From the IMG/VR virus record IMGVR_UViG_3300020182_000020: 64,000 nt of DNA. One strand, written 5' to 3'. A program made the translations under genes and the position numbers. Every line of letters begins with the position of its first letter. Within the stretch, counting starts at the first letter, position 1. Origin of the DNA: a virus. The notes under the pieces are model-generated. The model was not told the origin of the DNA and did no database searches. It was given only the letters and a program-made list of their open reading frames with translations. Shown piece after piece: positions 17,781 through 26,355 of the stretch.

Positions 17781-18481
17781 AAAAAACTATTTAGACCCTC
17801 TATCTTTTGCGAATTTGGTTTTTCGCAACCAGAACATTTAAACTTGGCAGCATATTCTAACTTTGGCATAGTTTCCATAAATTCCATAATATTTTTAAAC
17901 TGTTCCGATGTCATTTGTTCTATGAAATCTAAAATCTCTTTTTTCGAGACTTCATTCACATCAATCCTTTCTTCGCCATGATGGATTGCTTTAATACATT
18001 CTGCTGCAAGAGAGAACCCAGTCTCTGTTGAATTGATGTTTTGTAAATCATATTCTAGAAGATTAACAAAGGGCGGATAGCGCAATTCAATAGTGATTTC
18101 GTTAGTCAACTTTGCCATGTTTTTAACCTTTGGCATTTTTACTTCTAGGCTGTCAAGATTTATCGTAATCTCATTGTTTGTTTCGCAGTTTTGACAAGCC
18201 ATAAAAATCTGTGCTGTTTCTCCGGAGGACTTCGCTCGAATCTTGGTAAACATATATTCAATATCAAATGTCGTCAGATTTTCTCTATCGATGTTTTCAT
18301 CACAACACGCTTCAATCGTGTCCGCGATTGCACTCATGGTTGCTGAAGCATCTTTAGTTTCTGCAGCCATCATTAGTACTTTTTCTTCTTTCACCAAATA
18401 GGGACGAAATCTAACTCTCTTCTGAGTAGAAGGTATCTTCAATGCATATTTCGGTGAGTCGTTTAACTTAGGTAACGCCAT
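17777..18481 (-). CDS. gp26: Baseplate hub assembly chaperone gp26
   Basis: MALPKL..P.Y.L..PS, FRPYLVKEEKVLMMA, FDIEYMFTKIRAKSSGE, two CxxC, ends EGLNSFF. Confidence 0.9.
   Translation of the reverse strand: MALPKLNDSPKYALKIPSTQKRVRFRPYLVKEEKVLMMAAETKDASATMSAIADTIEACCDENIDRENLTTFDIEYMFTKIRAKSSGETAQIFMACQNCETNNEITINLDSLEVKMPKVKNMAKLTNEITIELRYPPFVNLLEYDLQNINSTETGFSLAAECIKAIHHGEERIDVNEVSKKEILDFIEQMTSEQFKNIMEFMETMPKLEYAAKFKCSGCEKPNSQKIEGLNSFF
17779..17800 (-). other. Candidate -1 frameshift site: T8 run with upstream SD-like GAGGG
   Basis: Minus strand GAGGG-TCTAAATAG-TTTTTTTT-AA; the -1 frame continues into the gp51-like sequence. Confidence 0.6.
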
Positions 18482-18501
18482 AATATTCTCCAGTAATAAA
18501 A

Positions 18502-19224
18502 CTAATTTCCCAATCCAAATTTATCTAGTACGTTTGACAGAACTCCACCCAAAGGATTGTTCGGGGGCGAGAACGATTCTGCTTTCCAATCTTTATATGT
18601 AAAGCTTACAGTTATTTCTAGAACTTGGTCTGTGGCATCATCCGACAATTCTATCGCGGTAATAGAAGTCGGATAAGCATCAATCAAAGTGCATTCATAT
18701 ACAATAGCATCCGCCGTTAACTTGTTAAAATCTAATTTTCCGCTGGCAAGATTCAGAGGACCCAAAGAAGGCAATCGATTTCTAATTTCACTTGGTATTG
18801 AAGACTTTACTTCAAATAGTTGTCTGTTCAGAAAACCAAGCCCAAACGATTTTCTTAATAATGAAATGGTAATGTCTTTTGCGTAATCTCTGTAATACCC
18901 CACTTCATAGCTGTTATGGTCTACAATCTGATTCTGCCATGTATCAAAGTAATCTTTCACGTAAGGATTATTAAGCATTCGAAACGTCATTGTTATATCT
19001 TGAGAAGCAAACCCGTTCACTATATTGGCCGTGGTTAATCCGATTTGTCTAGCAGTCACATTTAATTGTCGGGCAGGCAGCTGTAGTCCTTTACACAATA
19101 GGTTTAAATCCTTTGTATTTGCCCTTGGGTCTATTGGCGGCAGTCTTACTTTGAATAGATTTCCTCTAGCGAACCCATTCCCAGCGGACACAGCACTTTT
19201 TATATCTTCAATACTGTATGACAT
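18502..19224 (-). CDS. Tail tube-family protein (gp54/gp19-like tube initiator)
   Basis: GFARGNLFKV, LLCKGLQLP, FDTWQNQI, LIDAYPTSI..IELS, VSFTYKDW. Confidence 0.7.
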   Translation of the reverse strand: MSYSIEDIKSAVSAGNGFARGNLFKVRLPPIDPRANTKDLNLLCKGLQLPARQLNVTARQIGLTTANIVNGFASQDITMTFRMLNNPYVKDYFDTWQNQIVDHNSYEVGYYRDYAKDITISLLRKSFGLGFLNRQLFEVKSSIPSEIRNRLPSLGPLNLASGKLDFNKLTADAIVYECTLIDAYPTSITAIELSDDATDQVLEITVSFTYKDWKAESFSPPNNPLGGVLSNVLDKFGLGN

Positions 19225-19808
19225 TATATCTTTTTCCTTGAATCCGAATAGACTTTATTTTTATTTGCTCCTTCCCATTGAGCAGTGGGTAAAAACACAG
19301 CAATCTCATACTCTGGGGCGCTTACTTTAGCGAACTGACTTCTAACCTGCGAATTCAGATAATGTTTAAAACAAGGAGCAAAGTATTTCATCTTAGAAGC
19401 TCTCTTGAGCATTTTATACGACAGATTAAATTTGGTTGATTCGTCATATCTAGAATTATTGGTTATATCTAACAAGGAATCCAAGAATTTTGCTCTCAAC
19501 ACCGGCGGAAGGTAATGCAAGTTTAAACCATAGAAACCGCCTTCAGCCGGTCCTGCGACAATTGTTAATGGAAATTTGTCATAGTAAGGTAATGTATCTT
19601 TATTCTTTGCTTCATAAAAATACATGTACATATGTCCAACAATTTCGCTACCAGTTTTCTTAATAGGGTCTTCGTTCATAAGAGCTTTCCGGTCGATTCT
19701 ACGAAGGTCGGCTGCTTTTTTCTGAAACCACGCTCTAGACTCTCGGGTGCGAGGAGTTATACCGGCGCGAAACGCTTGTAATTCTAATTTATTAAATAGG
19801 CTTGACAT
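19224..19808 (-). CDS. gp2: DNA end protector protein gp2
   Basis: GHMYMYFY..K.K.TLPYYDKFPL, GLNLHYLP..R, PCFKHYL. Confidence 0.9.
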   Translation of the reverse strand: MSSLFNKLELQAFRAGITPRTRESRAWFQKKAADLRRIDRKALMNEDPIKKTGSEIVGHMYMYFYEAKNKDTLPYYDKFPLTIVAGPAEGGFYGLNLHYLPPVLRAKFLDSLLDITNNSRYDESTKFNLSYKMLKRASKMKYFAPCFKHYLNSQVRSQFAKVSAPEYEIAVFLPTAQWEGANKNKVYSDSRKKI

Positions 19809-19814
19809 AAGACT

Positions 19815-19822
19815 TATTTATG
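19815..19822 (-). promoter_or_regulatory. Variant late promoter CATAAATA upstream of gp2
   Basis: One mismatch to T4 late consensus TATAAATA, 7 nt before the start codon. Confidence 0.4.
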
Positions 19823-19851
19823 CTGATTGAATCTAATAATAAAAACCTTTT

Positions 19852-20343
19852 TCACTTTTTCTTTTTCCTTGAGTATTTGGGCATAGGTTTTATTTTCTTA
19901 AATGGTTTTGGTAAAATCCCCATAAGCCGCAGTTCTATTTCGGTCCAAATCTCGAAACTCCATTTTCGGTCTTTACAGTACTGTGTGGCGGCTTCCCATT
20001 TGTTTTGATTTTTAACGTAAGTGAATCCCTCAGTAATGTATTTTTTTGTCCTAGTCGGGCCTTTAGGTGGCAATGTTTCTTTATGCGGTTTGACTTCAAT
20101 CAGCGAAGTCTGCCCGCTTTTCCAAGTTACGACAAAGTCTGGAAAGTAACGATGAATCCTTTTGTCTGCCTCATATAAGTAAGGAATAATAATTTCTTCA
20201 CTTGACCATTGTATTATATCAGAGCTGTTGTCGAAGAATTGCATGCAATTTTTCTCCCAACCACTTCGATACACAACGTTGGTAAAATCACCTTTATATT
20301 TGCTGGTGTTTTTTACTTTGTATTTTCCTTTATAAGTCTGCAT
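19852..20343 (-). CDS. gp4: Head completion nuclease gp4
   Basis: YKGKYKVKN..KYKGD, YRSGWE, WSSEE, YFPDF, EVKP, NKWEAA. Confidence 0.9.
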   Translation of the reverse strand: MQTYKGKYKVKNTSKYKGDFTNVVYRSGWEKNCMQFFDNSSDIIQWSSEEIIIPYLYEADKRIHRYFPDFVVTWKSGQTSLIEVKPHKETLPPKGPTRTKKYITEGFTYVKNQNKWEAATQYCKDRKWSFEIWTEIELRLMGILPKPFKKIKPMPKYSRKKKK

Positions 20344-20351
20344 AGAATGGC

Positions 20352-20376
20352 TATAAATAGTTTAATAGTATTTATT
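20352..20376. promoter_or_regulatory. Overlapping opposed late promoters (TATAAATA plus 20352-20359; AATAAATA minus 20369-20376)
   Basis: T4 late consensus between divergent gp4 and gp48. Confidence 0.6.
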
Positions 20377-20387
20377 TGGATTTTAAA

Positions 20388-21449
20388 ATGTCGCAAGAAA
20401 GCGTAGAGATATCAAAACCAGATATTTCGAAAAAAACACAAGGGCAATCTACTGAAGTAGTTATAAAAACTCCGCAGAAGTATCGTTTTCCTTTGCGCGA
20501 TCAAGACGACTATAAAGGGAAAGTAACATTCAAAGTTATTGAGGTTGAAGGAATCACTCCTTCTATTTTTAAATCATTAGAAAATTTAGACACCTCTGAT
20601 ATAATTAATAGGTTCACTGGTCTATTCTCTTCCGAAGAAGAAACGCCAACGAAAGAAGAAGCTAAAGAAGGCCGAGACGCTTTAGAAGGTAAAAATAATA
20701 CAACTCAATCATATGAAAACGTTGAAGCACAAAAAACATATGGTGATGTAGTAACATTATATCTTCCTGGATCCTTTGCTATCAGAGACGCAGTTACTTA
20801 CGATAACGTCAACCTCGGAATGATCGGCGGCGCAGTTGAAGCAGTGGGACAGGCAGGAGGTTCAATCGCACAAGGTGTGGGCGCTGCTGCAAAAGGCGGA
20901 GTCGAAAGCTTCATTGACGCGTTTCGAGGCGGTGCAGGTGCAGATGCAGCTAGTGTTGCTATTAGCAAAGTTGCGTCTATGGGGGGCGCTGGCGTTGGTG
21001 GAGCAGTACAATCTCTCACAAGAACAACAGTAAATCCAAACACTAGGTCGATATTCTCAAGCGTTCCGATGAGAGAGTTTCCATTTACATTTAAACTTCT
21101 CGCGTCATCTCCTCAAGAAGCAGAAGAAATAAAGAAGATTGTTAAGACGTTTCGAAGAGAATTATATCCAGGAACTATTTCGGCACCATTACCTGGAGAA
21201 CTGGGAGTTTCTATCCCAATTGGGTATAGAATGCCGAACTTATTTGAAATTAAAATGACCTATGACGAAAAGCCAATTTATACCGGAATACAAGACGCTT
21301 ACCTCCGAGACGTTCTCGTCTCATATAACCAAAACGGTGCGGCGTTTCATAATGTTAAAGGAAAGGTGGCGCCAGTTGAGGTTGAAATAACGTTGTCGTT
21401 TATTGAAGCAAGAACAATGACTAGAGAACTTATTGAGGAAGGATTTTAA
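20388..21449 (+). CDS. gp48: Baseplate tail tube cap gp48
   Basis: YRFPL, LYLP, NPN...F..V.MREF.FTFKL..SPQEAEEI..I..FR, P..FEI. Confidence 0.85.
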   Translation: MSQESVEISKPDISKKTQGQSTEVVIKTPQKYRFPLRDQDDYKGKVTFKVIEVEGITPSIFKSLENLDTSDIINRFTGLFSSEEETPTKEEAKEGRDALEGKNNTTQSYENVEAQKTYGDVVTLYLPGSFAIRDAVTYDNVNLGMIGGAVEAVGQAGGSIAQGVGAAAKGGVESFIDAFRGGAGADAASVAISKVASMGGAGVGGAVQSLTRTTVNPNTRSIFSSVPMREFPFTFKLLASSPQEAEEIKKIVKTFRRELYPGTISAPLPGELGVSIPIGYRMPNLFEIKMTYDEKPIYTGIQDAYLRDVLVSYNQNGAAFHNVKGKVAPVEVEITLSFIEARTMTRELIEEGF

Positions 21450-22270
21450 TGGCGTATTTTAAGAACTTTCCGATAATAAAATATAAATTCGGTAACAACG
21501 AAGAAAGCGTATTTTACAAAGATGCTAGTGTGTATGTTGATCTTATCGATCAAGTAGCAGATAATGTTTCGTATTACGCAAGCTTTAATATCCTCGATGG
21601 AGAAAGACCGGACACGCTGTCATATAAATTATATGGTACCTCTGACTACTATTGGACTTTCTTTTTGCTCAATGAAAAGTTAAGAGAGTCTGGCTGGCCT
21701 TTATCTCATGGAAAGGTTTATGAATTTGTTGAAGAAGCATATTCAAATTATGCTATTCAGTTAGACGGCGCGGGATCTTTAAACACAGGCGGAATCGTCA
21801 AAAATTATCTTGCTTCTGATACAGTGCTCGCACAAACGTTTCCTATAGGAGGCAATGTTTTGTTGAATGATATTTCTGCTAATGTAGCAAATGCGAAAAT
21901 TGTTAGTAAAAATTTAGATATCGGTCAAATGATTCTTCGCTTTGTTAGTGGAGACGTGACAGTTATGACGAACATCAATGAAATTACATACAATGATGGC
22001 GTTAATATTTTTTCAGCAGGGGCGTCGTACGGTACCAATTTTTTTAACAATGTTGTGGAATATAACTCTCCGGCTTACTATACGAATTCTTTGGAAGCGC
22101 GGGTAGACATAGACCCGTATGATATAGCAACATCAACTGGGCCGCTTATTCCGATCACCTATCAAGAGAAACTCATTAGCTATAATGATGACCTGAAGAT
22201 AATTAAGATACTTAAACAAGACGCTATTTCTAATATTGTTTCTGAATTTAATAGACTGGTGAAAGGATAA
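21449..22270 (+). CDS. gp53: Baseplate wedge protein gp53
   Basis: YFKNFP, GERPDTLSYKLYG..DYYWTFFLLN, WPLS; C-terminal N...IKIL. Confidence 0.85.
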   Translation: MAYFKNFPIIKYKFGNNEESVFYKDASVYVDLIDQVADNVSYYASFNILDGERPDTLSYKLYGTSDYYWTFFLLNEKLRESGWPLSHGKVYEFVEEAYSNYAIQLDGAGSLNTGGIVKNYLASDTVLAQTFPIGGNVLLNDISANVANAKIVSKNLDIGQMILRFVSGDVTVMTNINEITYNDGVNIFSAGASYGTNFFNNVVEYNSPAYYTNSLEARVDIDPYDIATSTGPLIPITYQEKLISYNDDLKIIKILKQDAISNIVSEFNRLVKG

Positions 22271-22271
22271 A

Positions 22272-23609
22272 ATGGCTGACGCCCCAAACAATCAAAAATT
22301 CACCTTATCTGAAGCGATTATTTCTTCAGATAGATTTGGCTCTGATGATGAGATCGAATGTGCTCGGCTTATTTACGAATTAACTCTTTTCGAATCATTA
22401 GACAATCCTTACGTGTCTGGTATGGTCGCATTAGTCGACGATAAAAGTATATTCGGATCAATCAACTTTTCAGGTACAGAAAGGATCACTATTCGAATAC
22501 AGCCAATATCAGGTGGCGAAACTTTTATCGACAAAACATTTATTATGATCAAAATGGCAGAGACTGTTCGAGGGTCAAATGATGCTGATGTCATTCTGTT
22601 TAATCTCTTAGAACCACATGCTTATTTTAATTCTCTAAGAACATTGTCCCGAGCATATACTGGTTCTATAGAAACAATTGTCTCTCAAATATTAAATGGC
22701 GAGCTCAAGAAAAAAGTCGACGTTTCATATCTGACAAAAGAAACAACCGCACAAGGTGTTCGTAAGTTCATTGTTCCTTATATGACTCCGTTAGACGCTT
22801 GCAGAATGTTAATTGATCGAGCTACCACAACAAACGGTTCTCCTACATTTTTATACTCGTCAGTCTATGATAACAATATTCGTATGGGCGACCTTGACAA
22901 AATGCTTCAACAACCTGCGTTTAATGAAGAATCGCCGTTTGTTTTTTCTCAGGCAAAAAGCAATGCTTCTAGTCCTACTGACGAATTTACAAAATCAACA
23001 ACAGTCAAAGAGTATGTACGTAAAGATCAAGAAGACACTTTAGATCAAATTATGGCTGGCGGCGTTGGCGCGTTCTATACTAATACAGACATTGGTACTG
23101 GAATTTCTTTTCGCTCCCATGTCTCGATTAAGAAAAATATAGAAACATTAAAAAATGCAGGTGTTCTGAAAAAAGACGCCCAACAGGTTATATTTGACGA
23201 GTCTTTAAAATATCTAGACAGAAATGCTGACGAATACAATGCTCAGTTTTTTCATCAGGTAAATTCATCACTAACCTATAATCAAATTAAAAGTTATCAT
23301 GACGCCGCTTCTGGTGAAGACTTCTTACTTAAGATTAAAAAACACCAGATTGAACAAGCGTTATATAAGAATGTGATTAAGTTTTCGATTCCAGGAACTG
23401 CTTTTTTTATGGCCAAAGCAACCGTTGGTGACATTTGTAGGTTTAGAGTATTAAAAAACATATCTCAGGATAAAGAAAATCCAAAAGACCTATTTGACGA
23501 AAAGGGTTCTGGTGATTTCCTCGTCCACTCATTACGACACACATTTAGACAAACAGACCATAATGTTTCGATGGAAGTTTGTAGGTTGAATCGACGTAAG
23601 GTGATATAG
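22272..23609 (+). CDS. Probable baseplate hub protein (gp27-like)
   Basis: LFESLDNPYVSG, GTERITI; position between gp53 and gp5. Confidence 0.55.
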   Translation: MADAPNNQKFTLSEAIISSDRFGSDDEIECARLIYELTLFESLDNPYVSGMVALVDDKSIFGSINFSGTERITIRIQPISGGETFIDKTFIMIKMAETVRGSNDADVILFNLLEPHAYFNSLRTLSRAYTGSIETIVSQILNGELKKKVDVSYLTKETTAQGVRKFIVPYMTPLDACRMLIDRATTTNGSPTFLYSSVYDNNIRMGDLDKMLQQPAFNEESPFVFSQAKSNASSPTDEFTKSTTVKEYVRKDQEDTLDQIMAGGVGAFYTNTDIGTGISFRSHVSIKKNIETLKNAGVLKKDAQQVIFDESLKYLDRNADEYNAQFFHQVNSSLTYNQIKSYHDAASGEDFLLKIKKHQIEQALYKNVIKFSIPGTAFFMAKATVGDICRFRVLKNISQDKENPKDLFDEKGSGDFLVHSLRHTFRQTDHNVSMEVCRLNRRKVI

Positions 23610-24484
23610 TGGATAACGCAATACCAAGAAAATATTATGGTGACGATATCCGTTGGTTCATTGGAGTCGTAGTTAACGCAACGCCTCCTCCTATTCTACA
23701 GGGTAGAGTTAAAGTGCGAATTCACGGTGTACACAATCCTTCGACAGGAGAAATACAAGAAAGTGATTTGCCTTGGGCACAGGTGTTAATCCCTACAACA
23801 GAAGGAGGAGTCTCTGGTATTGGGGCTGTTCCAGGAATACTTCCTGGAGCTTCTGTTTTTGGTTATTTCTTAGACGGAAAATCATCACAACTGCCCGTTA
23901 TATTGGGATCGTTTCCAAGAATAGAATTCCCTAATGCAGTGCAAAAACGAGTAAATTCTGCTAATCAATCAGAAGATGAATTAGAATACGATCAAGAAAG
24001 AGAACAAAACTTTATTGAATCGTCAGTAATGATTGATGATGAGTTTCAAAAGGGAAATGTTTCTCGAAGAAGAAGCCAAGCTATAAAATTTTTCATAGAC
24101 AACGGGTATCGCCCAATACACGCCGCAGCTTTGGCTGGTATTATTGAAGCGGTTTCGGGTTTCGCTATCTACGAGATTGACTCTAAAGAAAATGAACAAG
24201 GGTTGATAAAGTGGTCACAAAACGAAGGTAATCGGTTTAAAGGTCTAATAGAGTTTTCTAAAAATTATCAGAAAACAAAAAGCTGGAAATCTTATTCAAT
24301 TCAGCTTCAATTTATTTTATATGAATTGCGCAATACTCAGAATAGAGCTAATGTCAAACTTCTACAAACAACTTCTATAGAAAAAGCGGTAGAGGCAATT
24401 GCTAAATATTACAGTAAAAACTCTACAAACACAAACGAAGCAGTAAAGTTTGCAGAGAGAGCTTATGATGGGGCGTTAGAATGA
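23609..24484 (+). CDS. gp5 N-terminal OB-fold fused to a degenerate phage tail lysozyme-like domain
   Basis: WFIGVV, GRVKVRIHGVH, DLPWA, V.GYFLDG..SQ.P.ILG; C-terminal AAALAG...QLQFILYEL. Confidence 0.75.
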   Translation: MDNAIPRKYYGDDIRWFIGVVVNATPPPILQGRVKVRIHGVHNPSTGEIQESDLPWAQVLIPTTEGGVSGIGAVPGILPGASVFGYFLDGKSSQLPVILGSFPRIEFPNAVQKRVNSANQSEDELEYDQEREQNFIESSVMIDDEFQKGNVSRRRSQAIKFFIDNGYRPIHAAALAGIIEAVSGFAIYEIDSKENEQGLIKWSQNEGNRFKGLIEFSKNYQKTKSWKSYSIQLQFILYELRNTQNRANVKLLQTTSIEKAVEAIAKYYSKNSTNTNEAVKFAERAYDGALE

Positions 24485-26355
24485 CAGCAAGTAAAGAACA
24501 GGTCAAAGATCAAATAACCGGTCTTGCAAATAAAATCAGTTATGATGGCGTTAACGCTCAAGCAAAGACTGCGACGGCACAAAAGAAAAACGCGGTTCAA
24601 ACTGCTGTTGGTAATAAAGTCGGTGAGGTCAAAGGTGGGGTGCAGAGTATCAGCGCGAAAGCTGAAGATGTTTCTAATAAACTGAACAGCGCACCAGTTG
24701 AAGGTTTGGTGACAGACGGTGTATCGTCTATCAAAGGTTCAATAGATGATACTCTTTCTGCAGAGACTAATATATTATCTTCTACTTTTGGAACCAAATT
24801 AGAACTGACTTGGACAGATCCGGACGAAGATGGTAATGTAAGAGTTAGAAGTAGTTCTTTGGTTGCAGACACCAATTCGTCTCTGAGTTCACTTATAACT
24901 TCCATATCTGGTCTTGGCGCTGGCAAGCCAGACCTTTCAGGGTTTGCTCAAGAAATAGTTACAAACGCTTCACCAGAAGGGCTTGTAAGTTCGCTTAATA
25001 ATATCAAAGGAACAGTTGCAGGGTTTCCTGACTTAGCAACTGTTAATGCGCTTTCACAAAAAGCAAACGACACAGTTTCAGCTATAACAGCAAAAATAAA
25101 TGCTGCTACTGAATTTGTTAATGCTCCAAATGTAAACTCAGGAGACTCTGCTGGTAATTTTACCTACGCATTTCCAAATGATTCTGCAGACGTTAACATA
25201 ACAAATGTGACCATGCAACAGACTTATGATGGGTTTACTTTAGAAACAGGGCGCGCCGTTACTGACGCTCAGACTTTAGTAGACAAAGCGATTAGCATCG
25301 ACGAAAATGCGCTTAAAACAGATTTATCGGGCCTTAAAGATAACATAGTCTCGGGCGCGTCAATTTTCTCTGATTTACAAACAGTCGTGAGCGCAGTGAC
25401 CGATGTAGGCCAAAAAGGATTAGATTATATCGTTTCCGCCCTACAAGCCATTTCGCCTTCTTCTAACGGCTTGATACAAGGATTTGTTACAGACCTCAAT
25501 CAAGAAGCACAAAATTTACAAAAAGATTATCCTGAATTGACAGACGAAGAGGCCAAAAAGGTTGTTGAACTTTCTCAAGGAAATAAATCTGATCAAGATA
25601 AAGCGACAGAAATTGTTCAAAATAAAACAAAACAACCACCAAACGCCGTTCGAGCTAGACTGTTAAAAGTCAACACGACAATTGCAGGAACAACTGTTGT
25701 TGATAATGAAAATTCGGCGTTTACCAATCCGTTTTCTTTTGAAAGAAATGATTGGAACGACGGGCAAGGTAGTCAGAGTTTCTCTTATATAAACACCGTT
25801 GAAGAACTAGAAGCAGAGTTGAGAACCTCTACAAGAGACATTACAGAGGTTGTAGTGCATTGGACAGAAACGTTTACCAATAAAAACATTGGTTCAGAAG
25901 AAATTAACTCAACTCACATTGGTTTAGGAATAAAGGGCATTGGTTATCATTATGTGATTCGTAGGGATGGTTCTTTGCAAAGGGGTCGACCCCTTTCGAA
26001 TCAAGGGGAGCATTCTTATGTAAACGATCATGACGAGTTTTCAATAGGACTGGTGTTTGTTGGCGGTTTTAATTGTTCTTCTGGAACGCCTAATCCTGAA
26101 TCGTTTTTGTCTTCACAATCATTGACCCGCGCGCAGATGACTACTTTCGAACAATTCTGTCGAGCATTCTATAAGAAATATCCTGGAGGTCAAGTCCTTG
26201 GCCATAATGACATTGACTCAACGGAGCTAGATCCAGGGTTTGATGTTATTGATTACTGCAAAGATGTTTTTGGTAAAGAGTCTATATTTTCAGATCCAAC
26301 GTCTCAAGGACCCTTTAAACCGAGCGACTTAGTCAAACAAAAGGTGGTATTATGA
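24481..26355 (+). CDS. Large protein with C-terminal N-acetylmuramoyl-L-alanine amidase (T7 lysozyme/Amidase_2-like)
   Basis: VVVHWT, IGYHYVIRRDG..QRGRP, SIGLVFVGG, VLGHND, DPGFDV. Confidence 0.8.
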   Translation: MTASKEQVKDQITGLANKISYDGVNAQAKTATAQKKNAVQTAVGNKVGEVKGGVQSISAKAEDVSNKLNSAPVEGLVTDGVSSIKGSIDDTLSAETNILSSTFGTKLELTWTDPDEDGNVRVRSSSLVADTNSSLSSLITSISGLGAGKPDLSGFAQEIVTNASPEGLVSSLNNIKGTVAGFPDLATVNALSQKANDTVSAITAKINAATEFVNAPNVNSGDSAGNFTYAFPNDSADVNITNVTMQQTYDGFTLETGRAVTDAQTLVDKAISIDENALKTDLSGLKDNIVSGASIFSDLQTVVSAVTDVGQKGLDYIVSALQAISPSSNGLIQGFVTDLNQEAQNLQKDYPELTDEEAKKVVELSQGNKSDQDKATEIVQNKTKQPPNAVRARLLKVNTTIAGTTVVDNENSAFTNPFSFERNDWNDGQGSQSFSYINTVEELEAELRTSTRDITEVVVHWTETFTNKNIGSEEINSTHIGLGIKGIGYHYVIRRDGSLQRGRPLSNQGEHSYVNDHDEFSIGLVFVGGFNCSSGTPNPESFLSSQSLTRAQMTTFEQFCRAFYKKYPGGQVLGHNDIDSTELDPGFDVIDYCKDVFGKESIFSDPTSQGPFKPSDLVKQKVVL

